64,000 nucleotides of DNA from an uncultured delta proteobacterium (GTDB lineage: Bacteria > Desulfobacterota > Binatia > HRBIN30 > BPIQ01). The stretch is from contig CAVXGR010000021.1 of NCBI GenBank assembly GCA_963761335.1, forward strand, positions 192,001-256,000. The letters run 5' to 3'. Made by a program: the position numbers and the translations under genes. This document shows positions 36,037 to 46,193 of this stretch, piece by piece (the stretch's first letter is position 1; each line of letters starts with the position of its first letter). The notes beneath the pieces were generated by a model. That model was not told the origin of the DNA, ran no database searches, and worked only from the letters and a program-made list of their open reading frames with translations.

Positions 36037-36698
36037 GCCGCTCGCGAACGGCTTCGGCGCTGTTGGGCGCGGTGCTGGTGATCGCCGCGGCGGCGCTGCT
36101 GTTCTCCGCCTGCCGGCAGTACATGCCGACCAACCGTTTTCTGCAGCCGCGCTCGACCGGCTCCAGCATGAGCACGGCGGACGCCCGCGGCAAGTTCGAT
36201 CACCGCGCCCACGTGAAGCCCCTGGCGGCGCGCGACGTCACCTGTATCGACTGCCACCGCTTCGACGTGAAGATCGACACCTCGAACGACGACCTGGCGC
36301 GCGAGCTGTCGGCACAGGCACTCTATCCGGGAGGCGCCGCCTGCCACTTCTGTCACTTGCCTTCGGAGACGCACATGGCGGGGGCGCCCGATGCCTGCAC
36401 CACCTGTCACGAGAACCTGCGGCCGCTGATGCCCGAGAACCATCAGGTGGCCTGGCTCAAGGTGCACGCCAACGCCGTGCGCGCCGATCCCAACCAGTGC
36501 CACACCTGCCACAGCCAGGCGTTCTGCATCGACTGTCACGAGCGCCGCGACTCGATCCAGACCCGCGTGCACGAGCGCAACTTCCGCTTCTTCCACTCGG
36601 TGGAGGCGCGCGCCAACCCGATGCAGTGCGGCAGCTGCCATCGCCAGGACTTTTGCATCCGCTGCCATCAGCAGGGCAAGGTGGACGTGAACCCATGA
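36033..36698 (+). CDS. Heptaheme c-type cytochrome lipoprotein
   Basis: GTGA overlap with the porin stop; lipobox FSAC; 7 CxxCH; FDHRAH. Confidence 0.88.
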   Translation: MSRSRTASALLGAVLVIAAAALLFSACRQYMPTNRFLQPRSTGSSMSTADARGKFDHRAHVKPLAARDVTCIDCHRFDVKIDTSNDDLARELSAQALYPGGAACHFCHLPSETHMAGAPDACTTCHENLRPLMPENHQVAWLKVHANAVRADPNQCHTCHSQAFCIDCHERRDSIQTRVHERNFRFFHSVEARANPMQCGSCHRQDFCIRCHQQGKVDVNP

Positions 36699-37024
36699 CA
36701 CGCCTCGGCAGATATCTCGCGCCGATTGCGGCGCTGTCACTCCTGATGCTCTCGGCCTCCGGCTGCGGCAACGACGCTGGCGTCACCAGTGAGAACTACG
36801 GGGATCTGCTGGCATCTCCCGAAGGCCTCGTCCTGGTGCGCTCCGAGCATCCCACCGGCTGGGGTCGACCCGACTGCTTCTCCTGCCATGAGATCCGCAA
36901 CATCCACACCGTGAATCGCACCAGTCTTCCCGATCTGGATCTCGAGGAGGTGCGCACCATCGTGCTGAATCAGGGGGCGGCGAGCTGCGGTCTCTGCCAC
37001 GGCAACAACGGAGTCGCTCCATGA
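36695..37024 (+). CDS. Diheme c-type cytochrome lipoprotein
   Basis: ATGA overlap; lipobox ASGC; CFSCH and CGLCH. Confidence 0.85.
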   Translation: MTRLGRYLAPIAALSLLMLSASGCGNDAGVTSENYGDLLASPEGLVLVRSEHPTGWGRPDCFSCHEIRNIHTVNRTSLPDLDLEEVRTIVLNQGAASCGLCHGNNGVAP

Positions 37025-37584
37025 GGCGTATCGTTCCCCTGCTGGTGCTGCTGCTCGCGGCCGGGACAACGTGGGCGCAGGACTCGGGCAGTCCGCATCA
37101 CATGACCCTGCCCAACGGCGAGGTCGACATGGACAAGTGCTCCATGTGCCACGAAGAGGACATGTCCCTGTCGCGCTCCAAGCTGGAGACCTGCACGCTC
37201 TGCCACTCCGAGACCCTGCACGGCGGCTCGTTGACGCATCTGCGCGCCACGGCGGCCCAGCTGGCGGCCATCCTTCCCGAGAAACAGCCGGGAGGCGTGA
37301 CCCTGCCGCTCACCGATGACGGTCGCATCTTCTGCGGCACCTGCCACCTGTTCCACGACCCCGCGGTCACCGGCGAGAAGCCGCTGCCGGCGCCTTGGGT
37401 GCCGCCCGCCGAGGGTGTGCCCGGCGCGGTGCGCGAGGCGATGGCCAAGCGCTGGTCGCAGATGGCGGAGAAGCACGGCGAGTCCGAGGCGGGAGCCGAG
37501 TTTGCCGCGAAGTCGACGCGCATGCTGCGCCTGCCAGTCTCCGACGGCAGCCTCTGCGTCCACTGCCACCAGGGGAAGCGATGA
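37021..37584 (+). CDS. Tetraheme periplasmic c-type cytochrome
   Basis: ATGA overlap; signal peptide TWA-Q; CSMCH, CTLCH, CGTCH and CVHCH. Confidence 0.88.
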   Translation: MRRIVPLLVLLLAAGTTWAQDSGSPHHMTLPNGEVDMDKCSMCHEEDMSLSRSKLETCTLCHSETLHGGSLTHLRATAAQLAAILPEKQPGGVTLPLTDDGRIFCGTCHLFHDPAVTGEKPLPAPWVPPAEGVPGAVREAMAKRWSQMAEKHGESEAGAEFAAKSTRMLRLPVSDGSLCVHCHQGKR

Positions 37585-38237
37585 CCCCCCGGTGCGAGCG
37601 CGGCCGTCTCGGCCGCTCCGAAATTCTTTTCGTCATTCGCTCCGTCCGCTGCCTCTTGCTGCTCCTCGTCCTGGCTGCGGCGCTGGCCGCCTGCGGCACC
37701 GACGGAGCGCCGCGCTACGCCGCGGTGCCGGCTCCCGATCCCGAGGCCATGTACGGCTCCTGTGCCTTTTGCCACCGCGACGTCGCTGTTCAGCTGATCA
37801 GCACCGGCTTTCACGGCGATCCGAACCTGGCGTGCGAGTTCTGCCACGCCGATCTGACTCCGGGCCACGTCGGTCCGGGACACCGCAACGTTCCGGCGTG
37901 CGCCGACTGCCACAGCTCGCAACGCACGCACCACGATCCTGCCGCCGGCACCGGGATGGAATGCCAGGTCTGCCACACGCCGCACGGAAGCCCGAACCTG
38001 TTCCTCGTCAAGCAGCAGATCACCACCCCGACCGGCGACATGCCGCAGATCCGCTTCACCAACCTGCGCGGTCGCGCCGACGGCAGCTTCGCCAGCGCCT
38101 CGAATCCTGGCACTGGCCTCTGCGAGGTGTGCCACACGCAGACGAAGTTCTACCGCAGCGACGGCTCGGGCGATCAGCATTTTCCCTTCCCCTGCTTCAC
38201 CTGCCACCAGCACGACAACGCCTTCTCGCCGGATTGA
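37581..38237 (+). CDS. Hexaheme c-type cytochrome lipoprotein
   Basis: ATGA overlap; lipobox LAAC; 6 CxxCH including CQVCHTPHGS. Confidence 0.88.
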   Translation: MTPRCERGRLGRSEILFVIRSVRCLLLLLVLAAALAACGTDGAPRYAAVPAPDPEAMYGSCAFCHRDVAVQLISTGFHGDPNLACEFCHADLTPGHVGPGHRNVPACADCHSSQRTHHDPAAGTGMECQVCHTPHGSPNLFLVKQQITTPTGDMPQIRFTNLRGRADGSFASASNPGTGLCEVCHTQTKFYRSDGSGDQHFPFPCFTCHQHDNAFSPD

Positions 38238-38334
38238 GCGCCTGGTCGCAGGGCTGCGAAAAGCTCACGGCCCAGCGTACCAGTTCTGCTACCCCGTGGG
38301 CATTGCCGCGCCGGTTCCGTCTCGCCGCGGACGC

Positions 38335-38350
38335 TGGCACCCGCTTTGCG
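38335..38350 (+). promoter_or_regulatory. Sigma54 promoter (consensus match)
   Basis: TGGCAC-CCGCT-TTGC-G matches TGGCAC-N5-TTGC; 143 bp upstream of 38493. Confidence 0.6.
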
Positions 38351-38492
38351 TTGGAAGCACTGCGTCGGCCTTCGGAAGGGGAGCTCTTCTCCTTCGATCT
38401 TCCTCACTCTCCCTCCTTGGGGGGCGGCTCCGGTCGCGCGGATCGGGTCCGCCCCCTGTTGTCCGCCGCCGCTTCCAGATCGGAGCTGAGTC

Positions 38493-39827
38493 ATGACCGT
38501 GCACCGCAGCCATGAAGATCCGGCCACCCTCTATGCCGCCAAGCACATCAGCCTTTCCGCGGCGGTGGCTCTGCTGCGCCCCGACGATACCATCGCCGCC
38601 CCCATCGTCACCGGGCAGCCGAGCGCCTTCCTGAGCGCCCTCGCGGAGCGCAGCGACTACCGCGACCTGACCATCTTCAGCGGTATTCTCATCGAGCCGT
38701 ACGCGGTGCTGCAGCAGCCGGGAGTTCGGTTCATCAGCGGCTTCTTCGGGCCGATCGAGCGGCTGCTCAAAGGAGCCGGGGCGCGCATCACCTATCTGCC
38801 CGCAGATTTCCTCGCCTGGGAGCGTTTCGCGCAGCAGGCGCGCCCGCGGGTGGTGGTCTCCGCTCTGGCGCCGATGGATGAGCGCGGCTTCTTCTCGTTC
38901 GGGCTGCACTCCGGCGCCGTCTTCGGTCCGTTCATGGAGGCGGCGCGCGACCCGGAGCGGCTGGCGATCGGCGAGGTGGTCGCCGACATGCCGCGGGTGC
39001 GCGGCCTGGGGCGCTATGGTGGCCACCGCATCCACGTTTCCGAGATCGACGCCGTCGTCGAGTCGGATCGGGCTGCCTTCCAGCTGCCGGAGACCCCGGT
39101 AACCGAGGAAGACGCCGCCATCGCCCGCCACGTCGAGAGCCTCATCCCCGACGGGGCGACGCTGCAGATCGGCATCGGCGCCATTCCCAACATCGTCGCC
39201 CAGCTGCTCGCCGAGGGGAAGAAGAGCGACTTCGGCATTCACACCGAGATGATGGTGGACGGCATCATGCACCTGCACCAGGCCGGCAAGGTGACCAACC
39301 ACAAGGGGGTCTACGACGGCTTCTCGGTGGCGACCTTCGCCGCCGGCAGCCGCGCGCTCTATGACTGGATGAACGAGAATCCCGAGGTGCGCCTGCTGCC
39401 GGTGGCGCAGGTGAACGATCCGGCGGTGATCCGGCGCAACCGCCGGATGGTGAGCATCAACGGCGCTCTCGCCGTCGACCTCAGCGGCCAGATCATGGCC
39501 GACACCCTCGGCCCGCGGCAGTACTCCGGGGTCGGCGGACACGAGCTCTTCATCATCGGTGCCCACGAGGCTCCCGAAGGCAAGAGCCTCATCTGCCTGC
39601 ACTCGACCGCACGCGTCGACGGCAAGCTCGTCTCCACGCTGGTCGCCGAGCTGCCCTGCGGCACCCCGGTGACCACGCCGCGGCACCACGTGCAGTACGT
39701 GATCACCGAGCAGGGCATCGCCGACCTCGGCATGCTCACCGACGACCAGCGCGCCACGGCGCTCGTCGGCGTCGCTCACCCGGACTTCCGCGGCGAGCTG
39801 CGCCAGGCGATCGAACGCCGCTGGTGA
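38493..39827 (+). CDS. Acetyl-CoA hydrolase/transferase family (4-hydroxybutyrate CoA-transferase-like)
   Basis: DGATLQIGIGAIP, GIHTEM (catalytic Glu), SGVGG, VITEQGIADL and AHPDFR. Confidence 0.93.
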   Translation: MTVHRSHEDPATLYAAKHISLSAAVALLRPDDTIAAPIVTGQPSAFLSALAERSDYRDLTIFSGILIEPYAVLQQPGVRFISGFFGPIERLLKGAGARITYLPADFLAWERFAQQARPRVVVSALAPMDERGFFSFGLHSGAVFGPFMEAARDPERLAIGEVVADMPRVRGLGRYGGHRIHVSEIDAVVESDRAAFQLPETPVTEEDAAIARHVESLIPDGATLQIGIGAIPNIVAQLLAEGKKSDFGIHTEMMVDGIMHLHQAGKVTNHKGVYDGFSVATFAAGSRALYDWMNENPEVRLLPVAQVNDPAVIRRNRRMVSINGALAVDLSGQIMADTLGPRQYSGVGGHELFIIGAHEAPEGKSLICLHSTARVDGKLVSTLVAELPCGTPVTTPRHHVQYVITEQGIADLGMLTDDQRATALVGVAHPDFRGELRQAIERRW

Positions 39828-39864
39828 GAGGCGGCGGCGTAGTGCCGCCGCCCCGCGGGCCAAT

Positions 39865-39914
39865 GTGGAAGCGGCGTCCCGCCGCTTCGAGAAGCGCCGG
39901 AACGGCGCTTCTAC
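39865..39914. repeat. GTAG-type REP doublet (REPIN-like), family C copy 1
   Basis: GTGG-AAGCGGCG-TCC-CGCCGCTT followed by an inverted unit ending CTAC. Confidence 0.7.
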
Positions 39915-39994
39915 TCTTCGGGCAAGATGATGTAACCACCGGTGCCCCCCGGACGTGGTTGCTTCAGCACGCTTCTGTGCGCCATGGAGGAGAC

Positions 39995-40441
39995 ATGCAG
40001 ACATTGCGACAGCCGCTAGGCCGCGCCGCCGAGGCCACCGCGATGAGGTTCGATGCCTGGACCATCGTCCTTGGCCTTTTCGCGCTCGGCAACCTCGCCA
40101 ACGCGCTGTGGATGCTGGCGGACCCGGTGCACTGGTACCAGAACCTCCCCGCCGGGGTGCCGGACTTCGGTCCGCTGAACGAGCACTTCGTGCGCGATAT
40201 CGGCTGCATCTACTTCTTGATGGGAGCGGTGCTCGCGGCCGGCGCCTTGCTCGTTCGCTGGCGTCTCGCCGCCTGCGCCGTGACCACGCTCTTCTACGTC
40301 TTGCATGCCGCCGTGCACGTCATCGACACCAGGCGCGGCCTCGTCGGGCCGGAGCACTGGTGGATCGATGTGCCGGGCGTCTACCTGCCCGCGGTCATCC
40401 TCGTCGGCGTGACCTGGATGGTGGCGAGGCGACCCGGGTGA
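39995..40441 (+). CDS. Small integral membrane protein with conserved-looking His residues
   Basis: GGAGGAG RBS; four hydrophobic segments; GPLNEHFVRDIG and LHAAVH. Confidence 0.72.
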   Translation: MQTLRQPLGRAAEATAMRFDAWTIVLGLFALGNLANALWMLADPVHWYQNLPAGVPDFGPLNEHFVRDIGCIYFLMGAVLAAGALLVRWRLAACAVTTLFYVLHAAVHVIDTRRGLVGPEHWWIDVPGVYLPAVILVGVTWMVARRPG

Positions 40442-40836
40442 GCAGGACGCGGTGGATCGTTGCAGTCGCGGCGGGACTGTTGTTGGCGACGCTGCCGTTC
40501 TGGCCCTACCTGCCGCTCGGCGGTGGCGTCGGGCCGCACGCAGATCACGAGCCGCGCCACGGCGGCCAGCTCGGCATGGCCGGCGACCATCACATCGAGA
40601 TCGTGCGCCGCCGCGGGCGCGTCGAGGTGTTTGTGAGCGATGCGATGCGCCGCCCGGTGCGTCCGCGATCGGGGCACATCGTCTTCGATCGCGAACGAGA
40701 GGAGCCCCTCACCTGGGCAAACCATCGGCTCACCGGAGTCGATCATCCAGCGGCGCGAGAGATCGAAGCGCGCGTCACCCTGACCGACGGCACGGAGATC
40801 GCGGTCAGCTTTGATTTCGTGCAAGGCCGTCTCTAG
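40438..40836 (+). CDS. Membrane-anchored His-rich hypothetical protein (possible metal binder)
   Basis: GTGA overlap; N-terminal hydrophobic helix; PHADHEPRHGGQL...DHHIEIV. Confidence 0.68.
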   Translation: MSRTRWIVAVAAGLLLATLPFWPYLPLGGGVGPHADHEPRHGGQLGMAGDHHIEIVRRRGRVEVFVSDAMRRPVRPRSGHIVFDREREEPLTWANHRLTGVDHPAAREIEARVTLTDGTEIAVSFDFVQGRL

Positions 40837-40846
40837 CTAGAGCGAA

Positions 40847-40896
40847 GTAGAAGCGCCGTCCCGGCGCTTTCCGAAGCGGCGAGACGCCGCTTCTAC
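40847..40896. repeat. GTAG-type REP doublet, family C copy 2
   Basis: GTAG-AAGCGCCG-TCC-CGGCGCTT then GAAGCGGCG-AGA-CGCCGCTT-CTAC, between convergent genes. Confidence 0.75.
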
Positions 40897-40934
40897 TTCG
40901 CCCGAGGGCCGGCGGTGGACACTTTCCCCGGCGC

Positions 40935-41666
40935 TCAGATCGCTGCTGCCAAGCCGTTCCGCTGCAGGCGCGGTCGCGCCTGCTGGTGGGCGCAGTCGTC
41001 CAGCCAGGCGAACCAGCAGCTCATCCCCTGGCCGCTGGAGGCGGACAGCGGCAGCAGCTGCGGTTTTGGCATGAGGCGCGCCAGGGCCGCTTCGACCTCG
41101 CCGATGCAGTAGCCGGGAAGATGGGGCAGCAGATCGATCTTGGTCAGCAGCACGAGATCGGCGCTGCGAAAGATGCCCGGATAGCGCAGCGGCTCGTCCT
41201 CGCCCTGGGTGACCGAGAGGGCCACCACGTTGACGCTCTGCCCGAGGTCGTACTGCGCCGGGCAGATGAGGTTGCCGACGTTCTCGATGAAGAGGAAATC
41301 TGCGTCCTGCCAGGGGCTCTTGCGCAGGGCCCGCTGCACCATCTCGGCGTCGAGGTGGCAGGGAGAGACATGGTGCTCGGTGCTCATCGGAATCCCGGCG
41401 GCGCGCATGCGCTCCTGGTCGCGGCGCGTGGTCGGGGCGCCGGAGATCAGCGACAGACGGCGATCGCCACCCACCGCCCGCGCGGTCGCTTCCAGAAGGC
41501 CCGTCTTCCCCGATCCCGCCGCTCCCATCAGGTTGATGGCGAGAACGCCGTTGCTTTCGAAGCTGCGCCTGTTGTCGATCGCCGTGCCGAAGTCCTGGTC
41601 CTCCGGCTGGCGGGGGGTAGCAAAGGGATCGGTGGAATGGTCCGCGCATCCGCAGGGGAGGGACAT
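40935..41666 (-). CDS. hypB: HypB-like Ni-insertion G3E GTPase (divergent)
   Basis: N-terminal PCGC; GAAGSGKT; CHLDA; FIENVGNLICPAQYDLG; TKIDL; AGGAG RBS. Confidence 0.82.
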   Translation of the reverse strand: MSLPCGCADHSTDPFATPRQPEDQDFGTAIDNRRSFESNGVLAINLMGAAGSGKTGLLEATARAVGGDRRLSLISGAPTTRRDQERMRAAGIPMSTEHHVSPCHLDAEMVQRALRKSPWQDADFLFIENVGNLICPAQYDLGQSVNVVALSVTQGEDEPLRYPGIFRSADLVLLTKIDLLPHLPGYCIGEVEAALARLMPKPQLLPLSASSGQGMSCWFAWLDDCAHQQARPRLQRNGLAAAI

Positions 41667-41870
41667 GGCAATTCTCCTGGCTGACAGCCCTCTTCAACCT
41701 TCGTGCCCGCGCCATCGCTGTGTCCTGGGGCGCAGGCCCGCTGCCGCATTCCAATACCTGAGGCCCGGCAACCTGGGGATTTGCAGGAATAGGAGGACCC
41801 CGGGACCGCGGCCATCCTGGCCGCAAACGCCGACCTGCGGAGAGCCGCGGGGTAAGCTCTTGCGACTTCC

Positions 41871-42362
41871 TCAGGCAGGCGAGCCGTCGCCGAAGATCTC
41901 CGCGGCTGGGGGAGCGGTGACCACCAGGACCGGCCGGTCGGTGGACTCGATGACGCGGCGGGTAATGCTGCCCATGAGAATGCGGCGCGCTCCGCGCCGG
42001 CCGATCTTGCCGATGATGATGGCGTCGGCGTGCTCGCGCTTGGCGGCCTCGCAGATGACGGTGGCGGGATCGCCCTCGGCGACTTCCTCGCGGTGCCCCA
42101 CGCCGCGCTCCTCCGCCAGGCGACCCAGGGCTCGCAGCCAGGCCGCGCCCTGCTCCCGCAGGCGCCTGCGGATCTCCTCTTCGCTGCCCAGGGTTTCGGG
42201 TTCGGCGAGATCGGCTCGCACTTGCTGGTCGACGACGTGGAGGAAGAGAACCTCGGCTCCGTGCGCCTGCGCCAGGCGAACGGCATGTTCGGCCGCATGG
42301 CGCGAGAACTCCGAGCCGTCCACGGGAACCAACAACCGGCGCACTCGATACTGACTGGTCAT
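41871..42362 (-). CDS. Universal stress protein (USP)
   Basis: LLVPVDGSEFS, LHVVD, GDPATVI and MGSITRRVI...PVLVV; ATGA overlap with the subunit D stop. Confidence 0.92.
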   Translation of the reverse strand: MTSQYRVRRLLVPVDGSEFSRHAAEHAVRLAQAHGAEVLFLHVVDQQVRADLAEPETLGSEEEIRRRLREQGAAWLRALGRLAEERGVGHREEVAEGDPATVICEAAKREHADAIIIGKIGRRGARRILMGSITRRVIESTDRPVLVVTAPPAAEIFGDGSPA

Positions 42363-42988
42363 CTCGACTCCTCCCGCGCCGCCTTGAGCCGCTTGAGGTG
42401 AAAGAGCTCCTCGCGCTCGCGCTCCTCGAGGGTCGCCTCGATGAAGCGAATGGTATCGCGGTACTCGGGGATGAAGATGTGCTCCAGGGCGTTCACCCGG
42501 CGCTGGGTCTTCTGCAGCTCGGCGCCGGCGCGGCGGCAGGAGACCTCGACCTCGGTGAGGTGGCCGATCTTCTCGAGCAGGGCCCGCACCCGGCGCCGCA
42601 CCTCGGCGGCGGCCGGCGGCGACGAGCTCGGCGCCATCCCGGGTTCCGGCGTCTCGCCGCCCTTGATCTCGACGAGCGGTACGATCACGCCCATGACGCT
42701 GCGCTCGCGCAGCTCCAGCAGCGGCGCGGAGACCTCGCCCAGAGCTTCGATCTCGAGAACCTCGCGGCCGGCCGCGAGCAGGGCGGCGCGATACGCCGCG
42801 TAGATCTCCTGCAGCTCGCTCTCCGCCTCGCTCCGCAGCTGGGCGGCGTCGCGGTGCATGTCGAGGAGCTCCTCGAGCAGCACCTCGCGCTTCTGGTTGA
42901 GGAGATCGTGCCCGGAGCGCACGAAGCCGAACTGCTCGCGGGCACGCAGCAGATTGCTCTTCGTCGGCGCAGTGTCGGTCCGAGGCAT
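42359..42988 (-). CDS. atpD: V/A-type ATPase subunit D
   Basis: PTKSNL, GHDLLNQKREVL, KTQRRVNALEHIFIP and LEEREREE. Confidence 0.93.
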   Translation of the reverse strand: MPRTDTAPTKSNLLRAREQFGFVRSGHDLLNQKREVLLEELLDMHRDAAQLRSEAESELQEIYAAYRAALLAAGREVLEIEALGEVSAPLLELRERSVMGVIVPLVEIKGGETPEPGMAPSSSPPAAAEVRRRVRALLEKIGHLTEVEVSCRRAGAELQKTQRRVNALEHIFIPEYRDTIRFIEATLEEREREELFHLKRLKAAREESR

Positions 42989-42989
42989 G

Positions 42990-44411
42990 TCACTTGTCTC
43001 GCGGCGGCGGCTCGCCGCCCTGCGGCGGTCGATGGCGCTCGATCAGCTCCCGGCTCAAGCGAGTCAGCTCGGCGTCGGGCAACGGTGCCAGGGCGCTCCA
43101 GCCGAGATCCAGGGTCTCCTCGAAGGTGCGGCTCTGGTGCTCTTCTTGTGCCAGGAACTTCCTCTCGAACTGGGCGCCGAACTGCAGGTAGCGGGCGTCG
43201 ATGTCGGAGAGCTCGCTCTCGCCGATGATGCTCGCCAGACGCTGCACCTCTTTGACGCGCGCGTAGGCGGCGTACATCTGGCTGGAGAGGCGGGAGTGAT
43301 CCGCCCGCGTTCGCTCGGCGCCGATGCCGTCCTCCATCAGGCGCGACAGCGACGGCAGCACGTCCACCGGAGGGTAGACGCCGCGCTGGTGCAGGTCGCG
43401 CGACAGCACGATCTGGCCCTCGGTGATGTAACCGGTCAGATCGGGGATCGGGTGGGTGATGTCGTCGTTTGGCATCGTCAGGATCGGGATCTGGGTGATC
43501 GAGCCGTCGCGATCCTTGACCCGACCGGCGCGCTCGTAGAGCGACGCCAGGTCGCTGTACAGGTAGCCCGGGTAACCCTTGCGGCTCGGCACCTCGCCGT
43601 TGGCGGTGGCGACCTCGCGCAGCGCCTCGCAGTAGTTGGTGATGTCGGTGAGCACCACGAGCACGTGCATACCGAGATCGAAAGCGAGGAACTCGGCGAA
43701 GGTGAGGGCGACTCGAGGTGTGATCAGCCGCTCGATGCTCGGGTCGCTGGCGAGATTCAGGAACAGCGCGCTCCTGCGAAAGGCGCCGCTCTGGCGGAGG
43801 CTGCGGCGGAAGAACTCGGCGACGTCGTGCTTGACGCCGACGGCGGCAAAGACCACGGCGAACTCGACGCCGCTGCTGCCCGCCAGGGTGGCCTGGCGGA
43901 CCACCTGCGCGGCGAGCTGGTCGTGCGGCAGGCCACTGCCCGAGAAGATGGGCAGCTTCTGGCCGCGCACCAGCGTGTTCATGCCGTCGATGCTGGAGAT
44001 GCCCGTCTGGATGCACTCGCGCGGGTAGTCGCGGCGCACCGGGTTCATCGGCTCCCCGTTGACGTCGCGATAAGTGCCGGCGAGAGGCGGCGGGCCGCCG
44101 TCGAGAGGCTGTCCGAGGCCGTCGAAGACGCGCCCGAGCATCTCGCGCGCCACCCCCAGGCGCAGCGGGCGGCCGAGGAAGCGCACCCGCGTGTCCTCGA
44201 CCGACAGCGCCGCGGTGCCTTCGAAGACCTCGACCACGGCCATGTCCTGGTCGATCTCGAGCACTCGCCCGTGCAGGCGCCGGCCGTCGGTGGAGAGCAC
44301 CTCCGCGACCTCGCCGTAGCCGATGCCGCGCACCCCTCGCACGAATATCAGTGGACCGTGCACGCGGTGCAGGCCGCGGTACTCGAGTCCTCGATGAGAA
44401 GGGCCGGCCAT
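42990..44411 (-). CDS. atpB: V/A-type ATPase subunit B
   Basis: [33 protein letters not shown] and [15 protein letters not shown]. Confidence 0.97.
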   Translation of the reverse strand: MAGPSHRGLEYRGLHRVHGPLIFVRGVRGIGYGEVAEVLSTDGRRLHGRVLEIDQDMAVVEVFEGTAALSVEDTRVRFLGRPLRLGVAREMLGRVFDGLGQPLDGGPPPLAGTYRDVNGEPMNPVRRDYPRECIQTGISSIDGMNTLVRGQKLPIFSGSGLPHDQLAAQVVRQATLAGSSGVEFAVVFAAVGVKHDVAEFFRRSLRQSGAFRRSALFLNLASDPSIERLITPRVALTFAEFLAFDLGMHVLVVLTDITNYCEALREVATANGEVPSRKGYPGYLYSDLASLYERAGRVKDRDGSITQIPILTMPNDDITHPIPDLTGYITEGQIVLSRDLHQRGVYPPVDVLPSLSRLMEDGIGAERTRADHSRLSSQMYAAYARVKEVQRLASIIGESELSDIDARYLQFGAQFERKFLAQEEHQSRTFEETLDLGWSALAPLPDAELTRLSRELIERHRPPQGGEPPPRDK

Positions 44412-44414
44412 CTC

Positions 44415-46193
44415 TCACTCTCTCTCCAGCTGCTCCATCTGCGCGTCGACGTCGCGCTGCAGGGCCGCGAACGGCTCGGCGTCGTCGTTGGGGATCTCGA
44501 AGCGCATGCGCGTCAGGGCGATGCGGACGGGTAGCTCCTTGACGCGGTAGACGGGGATCTTCTTCTCGATGATCGACATGCCGCGATCGAAATAGTGAAA
44601 GACGGCGCGCAGCATGCGCATCTGCTTCTCCGGAGTGGTATAGCGGTCGATGTCGTCGAAGGCGTTCTGCTGCAGGAAGGAGTTGCGCAGCAGCCAGGCG
44701 CCTTCCAGCATCATGCGCTCGCGGTCGGGGAGCGACTCCTCTCCGACCAGGCGCGCCACCTGTTGCAGCTTGGCCTCCTCGTTGAGCAGCTCGAGGCCGC
44801 GCTGGCGCAGCGCCTCCCAGTCGCCGAAGCCGTGCTCGCGCCACCAGCTGCCGAGGTCGACTGCGTACTCACTGTAGGAGTCGCGCGGGTTGATCGCCGG
44901 GAAGAATCGGGCGCTGGCGAGCTCCTTGTCGAGCCCCCAGAAGCAGCGCACGAAGCGCTTCGTGTGCTGGGTGACCGGCTCGGTGAAATCGCCGCCGGGG
45001 GGAGATACGGCGCCGATGACGCTCACCGAGCCGGCGGCTCCGGCGAGCGTGGTGACGGCACCGGCGCGCTCGTAGAACTCCGCCAGCCGGGTCGCCAGAT
45101 AGGCGGGGAACCCTTCCTCCGCGGGCATCTCCTCGAGGCGCCCGGAGATCTCGCGCAGCGCCTCCGCCCACCTCGAGGTCGAGTCCGCCATCAGCGCCAC
45201 ATCGTACCCCATGTCGCGGTAGTACTCGGCGATGGTGACGCCGGTGTAGATGGAGGCCTCGCGCGCCGCCACCGGCATGTTGGAGGTGTTGGCGACCAGC
45301 ACGGTGCGCTCCAGCAGGGGGCGGCCGCTGCGCGGATCCTCGATTTGCGGCAGGTCGGTGAGCACTCCGGTCATTTCGTTGCCGCGCTCGCCGCAGCCCA
45401 CGTAGACGATGACCTGGGCGTCGGTCCACTTCGCCAGGTTGTGCTGGGTGACCGTCTTGCCGGTGCCGAACCCTCCGGGAATGGCGGCGGTGCCGCCGCG
45501 CGCCAGCGGGAAGAAGGCGTCGATGATGCGTTGCCCGCTGAGGAGCGGGGTCGTCGGCAGCCGGCGCTCGCGATAGGGGCGCGGCAGGCGCACGGGCCAG
45601 CGATGGAGCATGCTGAGCTCGAGCGACTCTCCTTGGCGGTCGATTCGGGCCACCGGCTGCTCCACCGTGTACTCGCCGGCGTCCGCCACCCAGGTGACTC
45701 TGCCGCGCGTCCCCGGCGGCACGAGAACGCGATGCTCGACGGACTTGGTCTCGGGGACGGTGCCGATCACGGCACCTGGCTCGACGTCGACACCCGCGGA
45801 GATCGAGGGGGTGAACCGCCAGCGTGTCTCCCGCTCGAGAGGCGCAATGCTGATGCCGCGGCCGATGAAGTCGCCGCTGCGCGCTGCCAGCGCCTCGAGC
45901 GGTCTCTGCACGCCGTCGAAGATGCGGCCGAGGAGACCGGGGCCGAGCTCGACGTGCAACGGCAGCCCCGAGGCGTACACCGGCGCGCCGGGCTTGATCC
46001 CGGTGGTGTCCTCGTACACCTGCACGGTCACCTCCTGCTCCAGAAGCGAGATGACCTCGCCCACCAGCCGTTCCTCTCCCACCCAGAGGAGCTCCGCCAT
46101 GCCGATCGGCTGCTCGGCGCGCACGCGCACGACCGGGCCGTTGATCGAGGCGACCGTGCCGCTGAAGCCGGCGCTTTTCTCTGGATCGCTCAC
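44415..46193 (-). CDS. atpA: V/A-type ATPase catalytic subunit A
   Basis: PGGFGTGKT Walker [23 protein letters not shown] and [14 protein letters not shown]. Confidence 0.97.
   Translation of the reverse strand: MSDPEKSAGFSGTVASINGPVVRVRAEQPIGMAELLWVGEERLVGEVISLLEQEVTVQVYEDTTGIKPGAPVYASGLPLHVELGPGLLGRIFDGVQRPLEALAARSGDFIGRGISIAPLERETRWRFTPSISAGVDVEPGAVIGTVPETKSVEHRVLVPPGTRGRVTWVADAGEYTVEQPVARIDRQGESLELSMLHRWPVRLPRPYRERRLPTTPLLSGQRIIDAFFPLARGGTAAIPGGFGTGKTVTQHNLAKWTDAQVIVYVGCGERGNEMTGVLTDLPQIEDPRSGRPLLERTVLVANTSNMPVAAREASIYTGVTIAEYYRDMGYDVALMADSTSRWAEALREISGRLEEMPAEEGFPAYLATRLAEFYERAGAVTTLAGAAGSVSVIGAVSPPGGDFTEPVTQHTKRFVRCFWGLDKELASARFFPAINPRDSYSEYAVDLGSWWREHGFGDWEALRQRGLELLNEEAKLQQVARLVGEESLPDRERMMLEGAWLLRNSFLQQNAFDDIDRYTTPEKQMRMLRAVFHYFDRGMSIIEKKIPVYRVKELPVRIALTRMRFEIPNDDAEPFAALQRDVDAQMEQLERE

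Noticed and set aside
34657..36698. Calling the porin and heptaheme mtrB/mtrA
   Set aside because: The porin is far shorter than MtrB and the cytochrome has 7 rather than 10 hemes plus a lipobox; symbols withheld.
40935..41666. Hydrogenase gene cluster
   Set aside because: Only hypB is present; no structural subunits or other hyp genes in the window.
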